The position numbers were made by a program, and so were the translations under genes. Under the pieces are notes generated by a model. That model searched no databases, was not told the origin of the DNA, and worked only from the letters and a program-made list of their open reading frames with translations. Below, in pieces: positions 1 to 9,657 of a DNA stretch of 64,000 bases. Every line of letters begins with the position of its first letter. The stretch's first letter is position 1. Origin of the DNA: Deltaproteobacteria bacterium (lineage in GTDB: Bacteria; Bdellovibrionota; UBA2394); NCBI GenBank assembly GCA_017302715.1, contig JAFLCD010000003.1, positions 83,154-147,153 of the forward strand, in the 5' to 3' direction.

Positions 1-507
1 TGCCCCCATTTCAAAGAAAAAAAACAAATCGCTCCAATTTTAGACGCACTGGCAGGTGGTCAGTCGATCGCTTATGTTTCGGACGCAGGGATGCCGGGAC
101 TCTGTGATCCAGGAGAAATTTTGGTGGCAGCTGTACGTGAAGCGAATTTTAAAGTCGAAATCATTGGAGGAGTCAGCTCGCTTACACATTTTATTGCGGG
201 CTTGGGCGAAGAGCTCGAGAGCTTTTCTTTCGTTGGGTTTTTACCTGCACGTGTTATCGATAGAGAGAAAGTTTTCTCTCAAAAGCTGGCAGCACCTATG
301 ATTTTTTTCGAATCCCCTCATCGAATTCAGAGTAGTTTAGAAATCCTAAGAGATAAGTACCCAGACATTCGACTTATTTTAGCTAAGGAGCTTTCAAAAA
401 TTTCTGAAGACTTTTTTTCGGGAACGCCCACGCAACTTTTAGGGAAGATAAAATCATTTAAAGGGGAATGGATCGGATGTTTATTCCCAGCTAGGTTGGA
501 GAGCTAA
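1..507 (+). CDS. rsmI: 16S rRNA (cytidine1402-2'-O)-methyltransferase RsmI, 5'-truncated at window edge
   Basis: Frame 1 is open from nt 1 (CPHFKEKKQIAPILDALAGGQSIAYVSDAGMPGLCDPGE...). This is the tetrapyrrole-methylase fold with the RsmI C-terminal motifs; stop at 505-507. Confidence 0.8.
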   Translation, partial: CPHFKEKKQIAPILDALAGGQSIAYVSDAGMPGLCDPGEILVAAVREANFKVEIIGGVSSLTHFIAGLGEELESFSFVGFLPARVIDREKVFSQKLAAPMIFFESPHRIQSSLEILRDKYPDIRLILAKELSKISEDFFSGTPTQLLGKIKSFKGEWIGCLFPARLES

Positions 508-509
508 TC

Positions 510-1529
510 ATGAGTAATCTTATTTTAGAAACTTTAGCTTTGAATCCCACTCCCCGCAGACCGGTTTGGATTATGCGGCAGGCAGGCCGATATTTAGCCG
601 ACTTTAGAAAGTTGCGTGAGAAACATAGTTTTGAAGAAGTGAATAATACTTTGGAACTAGCCGTTCAAGTCACATTGATGCCCATCAAAAAATATCCGTT
701 AGATGCGGCGATTATTTTTTCAGATATTTTATTTCCCCTAAAGGCTTTAGGTGCTGGTTTAGCGTTTACCGAAAAGGGCCCGAAGTTGGACGCACCGAAA
801 TCTGTCGAGGATTTAAAAAAATTACGTACAAGTTTTAATCCTCAAGAAAGTACTTCTGCGATTTTAAAAACAATTTCGGCGGTGAGAAAAGAATTGCCCA
901 AAGAAAAAGCAGTTTTTGGATTTGCTGGTGCACCCTTTACGATGCTTGCTTATTTACTTGAAGGAGATTTGACGAGAGAGCTTAAAGTCATGAAGCGATG
1001 GATGGCGGAGCATCCAAAGGTTGTTCATGAGTGGTTACAAAATTTAGCTCTTGTAACGGGAGATTATCTCGACGCTCAGGCGAATGCAGGCGCAGATGCA
1101 GTTCAACTCTTTGATACTTGGGCTGGAGTTTTGAGTCCTGAGGATTACGAAACTTTTGCTCTTCCTTACGCAAGACAGGCTTTAAGCGCGGTAACCGTGC
1201 CATCTATTTATTATGTGAATGGAGTGGCTGGAATTTTACAGCAGGTTTCTTCGGTGGGAGCTCAATGTTTAAGTATCGATTGGAAAATTTCTTTAGGCGA
1301 GGCACGAAAAAAACTTTCGCATGTCACAGCACTTCAAGGAAATCTAGATCCCTATTCTCTTTTACTTCCAAATCATCTTATTCGAGAAAAAGTTTTCGCG
1401 ATGTGTGAAAGCTACGGTCGGGGGGCCGGACATATCGTGAACTTGGGTCACGGCATCGTCCCTGAAATTCCTGAAGATGCAGTGAAGGTGTTTATCGATT
1501 CGGTTAGAGAATGGTCCGAAGGTTTATAG
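510..1529 (+). CDS. hemE: uroporphyrinogen decarboxylase
   Basis: 339 aa with the RQAGRY motif near the N-terminus and URO-D family length and layout. It sits directly upstream of the hemY-like gene. Confidence 0.9.
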   Translation: MSNLILETLALNPTPRRPVWIMRQAGRYLADFRKLREKHSFEEVNNTLELAVQVTLMPIKKYPLDAAIIFSDILFPLKALGAGLAFTEKGPKLDAPKSVEDLKKLRTSFNPQESTSAILKTISAVRKELPKEKAVFGFAGAPFTMLAYLLEGDLTRELKVMKRWMAEHPKVVHEWLQNLALVTGDYLDAQANAGADAVQLFDTWAGVLSPEDYETFALPYARQALSAVTVPSIYYVNGVAGILQQVSSVGAQCLSIDWKISLGEARKKLSHVTALQGNLDPYSLLLPNHLIREKVFAMCESYGRGAGHIVNLGHGIVPEIPEDAVKVFIDSVREWSEGL

Positions 1530-2435
1530 AGAAAAAAGCACATGCATCTCTGGCGGCAGCCAGGTGCGATCAAAATTAATTGAAAGAATATTTTTTAATC
1601 GAATATCATTTGTTAAAGTATCTGGAGCGAGTAAGACTCCTTTAAGAATAGGGCTATCTTGCAGCCGCTGTTCTACAATTTTTCTTACGTCTTCTTCAGT
1701 TTCCATTTGAAGTCTCATCGCTCGAACAAATTCTGATGTTTTTTCATGAAGCTTTGTTGAGGCAAGCATTTGCAGGGCTTTCAAAAGTTCCTGGCGATGT
1801 TGAACTTGAAAGGCCAGGTTTCCAAAATATTCGAGTTTGAGTTCGTTTGAAATTTCGGGTCGATTGGCGTACAGCGCATAAGTGGATGCGACTAAAAAAT
1901 ACTGAATTTGGTCTGGAAAGCTGCGGGCGAGTAACTGAAAGTAAGGAATGGATCCGATAAAATCTTTTCGTTCAAGGGCAAAGTTAAATGCGCCTTTTGT
2001 AATCAGTGAGGGTAGATAGCGATTAATCTTAGCTAAATTTTGGATGCCCTTATCTACAAAGTGGATGGATTCTTCGACGGCTTTTGGGGTGACAGGAAGG
2101 CCATTGTAAATAAAAGCGGTGCCTGCCCATTCATAAAAAACTTTGAAATAGGGATCGAGGTTTAATAAGAGATCACAATAATCATCTATGTAAGTGTATT
2201 TTCTATTTTTATTTCCAAGCTCGTAGCCAAAATAATTAATCCCTTGAATCCAAAAAAAATCGGCTAGAGCGGGCTTAAAACCAAAAGCTAAAATTTTGGC
2301 TGTTTCAGGACTAGGCAAAAGTCTGAAATCGCTTTGATCTTCGCGATGTTTTACGCGCTCATCGAGCTTGGATTTGGTAATTCCATATCCAACCAATAAA
2401 AACACGATAAAAAATATGAGCTTATACGTTTTCAT
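1524..2435 (-). CDS. hypothetical secreted protein (N-terminal signal peptide)
   Basis: 303 aa ORF. Hydrophobic N-terminus (MKTYKLIFFIVFLLVGYG); no recognisable catalytic motif. Confidence 0.45.
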   Translation of the reverse strand: MKTYKLIFFIVFLLVGYGITKSKLDERVKHREDQSDFRLLPSPETAKILAFGFKPALADFFWIQGINYFGYELGNKNRKYTYIDDYCDLLLNLDPYFKVFYEWAGTAFIYNGLPVTPKAVEESIHFVDKGIQNLAKINRYLPSLITKGAFNFALERKDFIGSIPYFQLLARSFPDQIQYFLVASTYALYANRPEISNELKLEYFGNLAFQVQHRQELLKALQMLASTKLHEKTSEFVRAMRLQMETEEDVRKIVEQRLQDSPILKGVLLAPDTLTNDIRLKNILSINFDRTWLPPEMHVLFSL

Positions 2436-2488
2436 TCTCTTGTAAGTACTAGTTTACAGACAGATGAAGGCTCAGTGAAAGTGCAATC

Positions 2489-3718
2489 ATGTCTCGACAG
2501 CGAATTGCGATTATCGGAGCGGGTATGAGTGGGCTTTTAGCGGCCTATTTTGCAAAACGTCAGGGACATTCGGTCCAAGTTTTTGAATCTCAGGAGCGCG
2601 CTGGCGGTTGGGTACAATCCGAGCGAATCGAAAATCGACTTTATGAGCGAGGAGCTCAAACCTTATTGGCAGATTCGGATTGGTTAGAACTTTTAAAAGA
2701 ATTGAATTTAGTTCCTATCGAGGCGTCCACACGCCATCGCTCAAGATTTATTTGGAAAAATGAAAAACGCTGCCAAGCTCCATTGGGATTCATTTTATTT
2801 TTAAAGTCCGATCTTTTTTCGTTTAAGGCTAAGGCTCGACTGTTGACGGAAATTTTTAGAACCACGAAAATTTCTGAGACGGATTTAAATTTAGCTAATT
2901 TTTTTGAGAGGATTTTTCATCGAGATATCGTGGATTATGCCCTCGATCCTTTCGTGGGAGGTATTTTTGCAGGCTCTATCCATGATCTCTCTGCGAAATC
3001 TTGTTTTCCAAGAATCTGGGATGGAATTCAGGAAAAAGGATCTGTGTTTAGATCTCTTTTGTTTAAAAGTAGATCGCCTCAAAAAAAACTCATTTCCTTT
3101 AAGAATGGAATTCAAGAAATTACCGAAGCTCTTCAAAAAAATATTGGATCCGTTGATCTTCAGCATTCGATCGGTCATCTACCTCAAGGATTTGATCAAT
3201 ATATTCTCGCTACTCCAGCTGGTGAGGCTGCGAAATTTTTAGACGCAAAAATCTCCGCAGAGTCCTCTCATTTTCTAAAAAGTATTCCTTACAGAAGAGT
3301 AGCGATTTGGCAGACTGTTTTTGATAGGCCTGAAAATTTTAAATCTGGATTTGGTTGTTTGATTCCACGAAAAGAAGGCCAGGCACTTTTAGGCAGCCTT
3401 TGGACTTCCGAAATTTTTGAAGGACGTTGTTCTAAGGATGAGCTTTTAACGACTCAATTTTTTTCTGGAAGTGATATCCCATCTGATCCACTTATTCATC
3501 TTCCTTTTTTGCAAAAAGTTTTAGGCATTCAGTCGCAGCCAAAAGTCTCTTATTTTAAAATTTATGAACGCGCGATTCCGCAGTTTGAAATTTATCACCG
3601 CGATAAGGTTCAGAAATTGCGCAGTGAATTACCTGCTAGTATTTCTCTCGTCGGCAATTACTTGGATGGAGTAGGTTTATCGGACGTCTTAACGACGGCG
3701 AAAAGGCTATTTGAATGA
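2489..3718 (+). CDS. hemY: FAD-dependent protoporphyrinogen oxidase (HemY/PPOX-type)
   Basis: N-terminal dinucleotide-binding motif (IAIIGAGMSGLLAAYFA...ESQERAGGW), about 410 aa, adjacent to hemE. A coproporphyrinogen oxidase (CgoX) paralogue cannot be excluded from sequence alone. Confidence 0.7.
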   Translation: MSRQRIAIIGAGMSGLLAAYFAKRQGHSVQVFESQERAGGWVQSERIENRLYERGAQTLLADSDWLELLKELNLVPIEASTRHRSRFIWKNEKRCQAPLGFILFLKSDLFSFKAKARLLTEIFRTTKISETDLNLANFFERIFHRDIVDYALDPFVGGIFAGSIHDLSAKSCFPRIWDGIQEKGSVFRSLLFKSRSPQKKLISFKNGIQEITEALQKNIGSVDLQHSIGHLPQGFDQYILATPAGEAAKFLDAKISAESSHFLKSIPYRRVAIWQTVFDRPENFKSGFGCLIPRKEGQALLGSLWTSEIFEGRCSKDELLTTQFFSGSDIPSDPLIHLPFLQKVLGIQSQPKVSYFKIYERAIPQFEIYHRDKVQKLRSELPASISLVGNYLDGVGLSDVLTTAKRLFE

Positions 3719-4878
3719 GCGCAAATAAAAATATCGGAATTTTAGGAAGTGGTCAGCTCGCTCGAATGCTTGTCGAAGCTGGAAATAAAATTGGCGTTTC
3801 ACTTAAAGTCTTGGCTGAAAATCAAAATGATCCAGCTGCTCAGGTCGCGAATCAAGTAGAACTCGGATCTTCAAAAAATCCAGAAGTTTTAAAGAAGTTT
3901 TTTTCTAGTTTAGATCTCGCCATTTTTGAAAACGAATTTTTAGATGTGAATATTTTGCGAGAGGCCTCGAAGGGTTCGAGGGTAAATTTTCTTCCATCTC
4001 TTGAGGCGATTGCGCTTACTCAAGATAAATTATTACAAAAAAAATTACTAAACGACTTAAAAATCCCAACTTCTAAATATTTTGTTGTTCATTCGACGGA
4101 CGAAATTGAAAAACACTTTGCTCAGGAAGCCGTTTTGAAATGGTCGAGAGGTGGATACGACGGCAAGGGAACTTTTTTTTGGAAAAAAGAAAATGATTCA
4201 ACGCCTGCCGAAGCTTTTTTAAAGCAATCTTCTTCGGCCATTTATGCTGAAGAAAAAATTGATTTTATAAGAGAGCTCGCCATTCAAGTTTCTTACTCGA
4301 CTTCAGGAGAATTTATTTCATTTCCGTTGGTGATTTCTGAACAAAAGAATGGAATTTGCCATCAAATGAGGGGGCCGGCGAATAGTTTAGGAGTTTCGTC
4401 AAAACTTGAAGATCTCGCAAAATCTTATGCTGAAAAAATAGCAAAAGCGGTTCCGCTCATTGGAACTTTTGCGATTGAATTTTTTGAAACGAAGTCAGGT
4501 GAACTACTTGTGAATGAACTTGCACCTCGAGTTCATAATTCAGGACATTACTCTTTATTGGCCGCCAACTGTAGTCAGTTTGAAAGTCATTTACGTTCTG
4601 TTTTGGGTCTAAAGCTTCCGACGATCACCACTTCGCCTTATTTTGGAATGCTCAATTTAATCGGGCCTGCTCATTTAAAATCCGAAAAGCCTGCGAAAAT
4701 TCCTGATTTAAATTTGAAAGAATTTTCGAATATGCACCTTTATTGGTATGGAAAATCTGAATTGAGAGCGGGAAGAAAAATGGGGCACATCCATTTTTCT
4801 GCTAAATCTCTTGATGAATTCAATACTGCGTTAGAAAATTTAAAGAAAATCGAAGCGAAATGGATTGAATCTCTATGA
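3715..4878 (+). CDS. purK: N5-carboxyaminoimidazole ribonucleotide synthase (ATP-grasp)
   Basis: 387 aa ATP-grasp protein with a PurK-like N-terminus (IGILGSGQLARML). It is translationally coupled to purE downstream (ATGA overlap). Confidence 0.85.
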   Translation: MSANKNIGILGSGQLARMLVEAGNKIGVSLKVLAENQNDPAAQVANQVELGSSKNPEVLKKFFSSLDLAIFENEFLDVNILREASKGSRVNFLPSLEAIALTQDKLLQKKLLNDLKIPTSKYFVVHSTDEIEKHFAQEAVLKWSRGGYDGKGTFFWKKENDSTPAEAFLKQSSSAIYAEEKIDFIRELAIQVSYSTSGEFISFPLVISEQKNGICHQMRGPANSLGVSSKLEDLAKSYAEKIAKAVPLIGTFAIEFFETKSGELLVNELAPRVHNSGHYSLLAANCSQFESHLRSVLGLKLPTITTSPYFGMLNLIGPAHLKSEKPAKIPDLNLKEFSNMHLYWYGKSELRAGRKMGHIHFSAKSLDEFNTALENLKKIEAKWIESL

Positions 4879-5381
4879 AAAAAACTAAATCTCGTTCAAA
4901 AAAAAATTCTAGGCCGATCGTAGCGATTGTGATGGGAAGTGATTCAGACTTGCCCGTCATGAAGGCGGCTACAGAGCCGCTAAAGCTTTTTGGAATTTCC
5001 TATAAATTACAGGTGGTCTCGGCTCATCGAACTCCTAAAGAAATGGTGACCTTTGCAGAGAGGGCCAAATCTGAGGGTTATCAAATTATTATCGCCGGTG
5101 CAGGCGGAGCCGCTCATCTGCCTGGAATGATAGCTTCACTTTCAAGTTTGCCGGTGATTGGCGTGCCCGTTTCAGTTGGCACCATGAAGGGCCTCGATGC
5201 TTTGCTTTCGATTGTTCAAATGCCTAAAGGAGTTCCTGTGGCGACGGTTGCCGTTAATAATTCTTATAATGCTGGGCTACTGGCTGCAAAAATCTTAGGA
5301 GCTTTTGATTCTAAAATTGCTGAACGCATTTCGAAATATAAAGATCAAATGCGAAAACAAGTTTTAAAAAAGAAAATCTAA
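4875..5381 (+). CDS. purE: N5-CAIR mutase
   Basis: 168 aa with the class I PurE motifs (VAIVMGSDSDLPVM, AGGAAHLPGM). Confidence 0.9.
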   Translation: MKKTKSRSKKNSRPIVAIVMGSDSDLPVMKAATEPLKLFGISYKLQVVSAHRTPKEMVTFAERAKSEGYQIIIAGAGGAAHLPGMIASLSSLPVIGVPVSVGTMKGLDALLSIVQMPKGVPVATVAVNNSYNAGLLAAKILGAFDSKIAERISKYKDQMRKQVLKKKI

Positions 5382-5413
5382 GCTCTTTATCGGGTTTTAA
5401 TGATTTAGCTTAT

Positions 5414-6559
5414 TTATTTTGGCTTGATGACTTCTCTCGCGATAATCATGCGTTGAATTTGAGAAGTGCCCTCGTATATCTGATAAATTTTTGCATCTCT
5501 CATTAATTTTTCAACGGGATACTCTGTGGAATATCCATATCCGCCAAAAACCTGTACGGCATCTGTCGTGATTCTCATGGCAGAATCCGCTGCAAAAGCT
5601 TTGGCCATTGCCGCTTCTAAAGTATTTCTTTCGCCTCGGTCAATTTTCCAACAAGCTTTCCAAGTAAGTAATCTGGCAGCTTCAATATCTCGCGCCATTT
5701 CGGCGATCATAAAAGCAATCGCCTGATGATTTGCAATCGGCACACCAAAAGTCTGTCTTTCTAAACTGTAAGCTACCGCATATTCCATAGCGGATCGTGC
5801 GAGTCCCACGGCACCTGCCGCGACAATCGGTCGGGTATGGTCAAAAGCACCCATCGCAATTTTAAATCCGTCCCCTTCATTTCCCAGACGATATTTTGCG
5901 GGCACGACGACCTCTTCAAAAGTGATGCCACGAGTATCACTACATCTTTGGCCAAGATTTTTTTCTTTTTTGCCGACTTTAATTCCAGGTGTATTTGCAG
6001 GAACTACAAATCCGGTGAGTCCTTTATGTTTTGCAGCAGGATCTGTCACGGCCAAAACAAAAAACCACGAGGCCACGGATGCATTCGTGATCCACATTTT
6101 TTCGCCGTTCAAAACGTAGTCATTCCCTTTTTTTTTCGCAGAGGTTTTGATATTGGCAACGTCGCTTCCTGCGGAAGGTTCGGTCACGCAATATGCCGCA
6201 AAGCAGCATTCTGAAGTGAGTTGTCCGAAGAACTGTTTTTTCTGTTCATCATTTCCACCGACGAGCAAAGGGGCCACAGCTAAATTATTGGCTTCCATGG
6301 CAGTAGAGATCCCCGTGCAAGCCCAGCCGAATTCTTCGGCGACGAGTGCTTCTTCAAATACACTCATTCCTGGCCCACCGTATTCCGTGGGAACGTGTGC
6401 GTTTAAAAGGCCCGCCGCAAAAGCTTTTTCAGCTATTGGCCGAGGGTATTCGCCTGTTTCATCGTAGTGCTTGGCATGAGGGTGCATTTCTTTAGCAGCA
6501 AAATCGTGAGCTAATTCACGCAACTGACTTTGTTCAGGGGAAAGTTCGAATGAAACCAT
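5414..6559 (-). CDS. acyl-CoA dehydrogenase (short/medium-chain type)
   Basis: 381 aa. ACAD family signatures throughout, with the C-terminal catalytic region ([16 protein letters not shown]). Confidence 0.85.
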   Translation of the reverse strand: MVSFELSPEQSQLRELAHDFAAKEMHPHAKHYDETGEYPRPIAEKAFAAGLLNAHVPTEYGGPGMSVFEEALVAEEFGWACTGISTAMEANNLAVAPLLVGGNDEQKKQFFGQLTSECCFAAYCVTEPSAGSDVANIKTSAKKKGNDYVLNGEKMWITNASVASWFFVLAVTDPAAKHKGLTGFVVPANTPGIKVGKKEKNLGQRCSDTRGITFEEVVVPAKYRLGNEGDGFKIAMGAFDHTRPIVAAGAVGLARSAMEYAVAYSLERQTFGVPIANHQAIAFMIAEMARDIEAARLLTWKACWKIDRGERNTLEAAMAKAFAADSAMRITTDAVQVFGGYGYSTEYPVEKLMRDAKIYQIYEGTSQIQRMIIAREVIKPK

Positions 6560-6620
6560 AATGAGCCTCCGACTTGAAGTTTGCTTTATTTCGCCTTTTC
6601 TTAAAAGTAATATTCAAAGG

Positions 6621-7013
6621 ATGAGATATGCATTTGGTTTGTTACTTCTTTCGGTGGTTTTGAGCGGATGTGCATTTGATAAAAAAGCTCGGCTAGAAGA
6701 GTCGATTGATACTTATGTTAAAAGTTTAAGGCGAGGGGATGAAGCGACGGCGCTTGCTTTTGTTCATCCCGATAAACAAGATCAGTATTTTCAGAATCAG
6801 CAAAAATTTGGTGATCTCTATATTTCAAATGCAGAAATCAAATCTATTTTTCCGGATGAAAAATTGGAATCCGCCGTGGCGACTGTTCTACTAGAATATT
6901 TTCCGCAGAACGGATCATCTGTGATGACTCAGAAAAGAAAATTTACGTGGAAGTATGAAGCAAAAGCGAAGGCGTGGTTACTCGACGAAACCACGCCTCT
7001 CGGAAGTCGTTAA
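6621..7013 (+). CDS. hypothetical lipoprotein
   Basis: Start moved to the internal ATG preceded by an AAAGG RBS. Lipobox-like signal (LLLSVVLSGCAF). The upstream part of the tracked ORF overlaps the ACAD start and is probably not translated. Confidence 0.5.
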   Translation: MRYAFGLLLLSVVLSGCAFDKKARLEESIDTYVKSLRRGDEATALAFVHPDKQDQYFQNQQKFGDLYISNAEIKSIFPDEKLESAVATVLLEYFPQNGSSVMTQKRKFTWKYEAKAKAWLLDETTPLGSR

Positions 7014-7019
7014 ATTTTC

Positions 7020-7451
7020 TCAAAATGGAATGTCTTCATCAGCAGACATATCTGGTGGAGTGCTCTCAGGCATTGCTGGAATATCACTGCCCATAGCTCG
7101 ATCGGTAGCTCCAGCTCCCGCTCCTTTATCTAAGAATTGAACGGTCGCAGCGACTACTTCAGTAGTGTAACGCTTGCCACCATCCTTATCATCCCACTGA
7201 CGAGTTTGAAGTCGACCTTCTACAAAAACTTGTCGGCCTTTCGCTAAATATTGTGAGCAAGTTTCTGCCATTTTTCCCCAGACAACGATGCGATGCCATT
7301 CGGTGCGTTCTTGTTTTTGTCCGCCCTTATCGATCCAATTTTCTGAAGTTGCGATATTAAAATTTGTTACACCCACTCCCTGCTGCGTATACCGAATTTC
7401 AGGATCATTTCCTAAACGACCTACTAGTATAACTTTATTTACTCCTGACAT
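7020..7451 (-). CDS. ssb: single-stranded DNA-binding protein
   Basis: 143 aa OB-fold ([16 protein letters not shown]), Gly/Pro-rich linker and the canonical acidic C-terminal tail ...DEDIPF. Confidence 0.9.
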   Translation of the reverse strand: MSGVNKVILVGRLGNDPEIRYTQQGVGVTNFNIATSENWIDKGGQKQERTEWHRIVVWGKMAETCSQYLAKGRQVFVEGRLQTRQWDDKDGGKRYTTEVVAATVQFLDKGAGAGATDRAMGSDIPAMPESTPPDMSADEDIPF

Positions 7452-7585
7452 ATTTTGTTCCTTTCACGCATTCAGGCTTTGATTCCTGAAGAGCGGCTAT
7501 CATTTATATTTTCGATTTGAACGCATACCCATTCAAATGGTTGGCATTGATGTGATTTCGTGTAAACCGTTTTTAGAGGTAAAGC

Positions 7586-8356
7586 TTGAAAATTCGTCCA
7601 TCGATTGCGTATTCGCTGATTGTCACAGTTCCTAGCATTTTATTTTTTAGTTCTTTAGCTGTTATTTTATATCCACTTGACTGGATCTTTCTTCGTAAGC
7701 GCCAACTTCAGGGCAAATGGGGCGCCACCGTCACCGTCGTAAAATTAGGTTGGGGCTATTGGATGCTCTGGGCGCATGGAATAAAAGTAAAAGTTTCTGG
7801 TCCCGCCGCGCAGGATTTAAAAAAAATGAAGGGCGTTATTTTTGTTCTGAATCACCAAAGTGTGACAGACATCATGACCGTCATTAAAATTCTTCCAAAA
7901 GCTTCAAGTTTTATTTCAAAGAAAGAACTTCGTTCTGTGCCTGTGTTTGGTTGGGCGATGAAAGTTGTGGGGACTCTTTTTGTAGATCGATCTCGGCGCA
8001 CGCAGAATCAAGCGCTCTCTGAAGTAAATGATCTGATGAGAGATGGTTTTAATATTATTATTTTTGCTGAAGGAACGCGTTCGCCGGATGGAAAACTTTT
8101 GCCATTTAAAAGAGGTGCATTTGTGATGGCAATCGAGGCGCAAGTTCCCGTAGTTCCGGTTACGATTTTAGATAGCCGTTTGTGCTGTCCAAAAGGGCAG
8201 TTGGCCATAGCGCCGGGGACCATTCACGTTATCGCTGATAATCCTATCTCGACAAAGGGTCTTAAAATCGAAGATCGGCATCAACTTTCAGACCAAGTTC
8301 GTCATATCATGTTGAAACATCTAGAAAAATTCGAAGAAAATCGTGAAACTAGTTAG
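7586..8356 (+). CDS. plsC: 1-acyl-sn-glycerol-3-phosphate acyltransferase
   Basis: N-terminal membrane anchor, HX4D acyltransferase motif (NHQSVTD) and FAEGTRS motif. Confidence 0.8.
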   Translation: MKIRPSIAYSLIVTVPSILFFSSLAVILYPLDWIFLRKRQLQGKWGATVTVVKLGWGYWMLWAHGIKVKVSGPAAQDLKKMKGVIFVLNHQSVTDIMTVIKILPKASSFISKKELRSVPVFGWAMKVVGTLFVDRSRRTQNQALSEVNDLMRDGFNIIIFAEGTRSPDGKLLPFKRGAFVMAIEAQVPVVPVTILDSRLCCPKGQLAIAPGTIHVIADNPISTKGLKIEDRHQLSDQVRHIMLKHLEKFEENRETS

Positions 8357-8358
8357 GA

Positions 8359-9657
8359 GTGTATCGAAGTCTTATTCTTTTTATAGGCCTCTGGCTGGTG
8401 GTCTTTGGATTGTTTTTTCAATCCAAACTTTATGCACAAGCCACAAAACGCCTCGGTGTTGTGGAGATCGAGGCCGACACTATTTCGAATCCAGATAAAC
8501 AAAGAATTCTGCAATCTATTCGAGACAACCTCAAAGAACAGCGCCTTATGGTTGTTGTTTCTGATGAAGAGATCGAATCAAAGCTGGTCCAAAAAAGTAA
8601 GAATCGAAATGAATTTGAAAAACTTCGAGTCGATTCTCAGCGAAGAAAAAATGAGCTCGAGAGAAAAGTCGAAGAAGGTAAAAAGTTTTATTTGGCTTCT
8701 CAGTTTGAAGAAACAATCGGAGCCTTACATTCTGCATTTAAATCTTTAAAGGAAATAGCTGCGCCAGCTTCTCCGCAAGTAACCGATGAGATTTTAAAGT
8801 TAACGGCTGCTAGTCATTATTTTTTGGGGAACGAAGATCAGGCTAAAGTTTATCTCTCGGCGATTTTAGACATTAATCCGAGCGCAGAATTAAGCGCTGA
8901 GCAATTTCCTCCAAATTTTATTCAAGTTTTTGAATTGCTCAGACAAGAGAATCGTTTTGCGTTTAAAACATGGACGTTTGAAGGCGGTGGCAAAGATGTG
9001 AAGGCCACGATCTATGGATATCCTTTAAATTTTGAAGGTGGCGAAAGTTCATCCGTGAAACTTCCATTGGATCATCCCATTTGGGGGAGAGCTTCTATTT
9101 TATTAGAGAAGGAAGGTGCTTTGCCTGAACTTTTTTCTCTTGATCAGTTGCCAAAAGAAGTTCGATTTCAATCGATGAAAGATCGGCGAATAGCGACTAA
9201 AGGCCTGTTTGCGCCGCTTGGTAAAGAGACGCCCCCTGTCGAACTAAAAAAAATTATGGTACTCTTAAATCTGTCGGCGGTATTTCTGGGGTCCGCTGTT
9301 TTAGATCTCAAGAATCAATGGATTATTAAGGGGCAGTGGTTAGAGAGTTCGACGAATCGAGTGTCGCCCGTGATAACAAAAGCGGATGCAAATTATACGC
9401 AAGCTACAAGGGAAGTTGTTCAAGAGCTTCTTACTTTTATTTCTCCTGAAGGAAGAATTTTAAACGATCGAAAAATTTTGCCTTCGGCGGGAGAACTCAA
9501 CGGTGAGGAAGTGGCGATTGAAAGTTCAAAGCCTTTTTATAAAACTTGGTGGTTTTGGTCGTTAGTCGGTGCAGGCGCTTTAGGAGCGGGTGTTGGAACT
9601 TATTTCGCCGTTACTTCGCAGCAAGATAGATTAAAAGTTCAGGTGCAACGAAAATGA
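8359..9657 (+). CDS. secreted protein with conserved C-terminal 'WWFW' Gly-rich transmembrane anchor (paralogue 1)
   Basis: 432 aa with a signal peptide and a coiled-coil-like charged region. C-terminus: ...PFYKTWWFWSLVGAGALGAGVGTYFAVTSQQDRLKVQVQRK. Confidence 0.55.
   Translation: MYRSLILFIGLWLVVFGLFFQSKLYAQATKRLGVVEIEADTISNPDKQRILQSIRDNLKEQRLMVVVSDEEIESKLVQKSKNRNEFEKLRVDSQRRKNELERKVEEGKKFYLASQFEETIGALHSAFKSLKEIAAPASPQVTDEILKLTAASHYFLGNEDQAKVYLSAILDINPSAELSAEQFPPNFIQVFELLRQENRFAFKTWTFEGGGKDVKATIYGYPLNFEGGESSSVKLPLDHPIWGRASILLEKEGALPELFSLDQLPKEVRFQSMKDRRIATKGLFAPLGKETPPVELKKIMVLLNLSAVFLGSAVLDLKNQWIIKGQWLESSTNRVSPVITKADANYTQATREVVQELLTFISPEGRILNDRKILPSAGELNGEEVAIESSKPFYKTWWFWSLVGAGALGAGVGTYFAVTSQQDRLKVQVQRK

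Noticed and set aside
2656-3242. Three small ORFs (69-112 aa) on both strands
   Set aside because: Embedded in the hemY-like gene in other frames or antisense; composition consistent with AT-rich random ORFs.
5526-6467. Several 60-125 aa plus-strand ORFs
   Set aside because: All lie antisense within the acyl-CoA dehydrogenase gene and have low-complexity translations; spurious.
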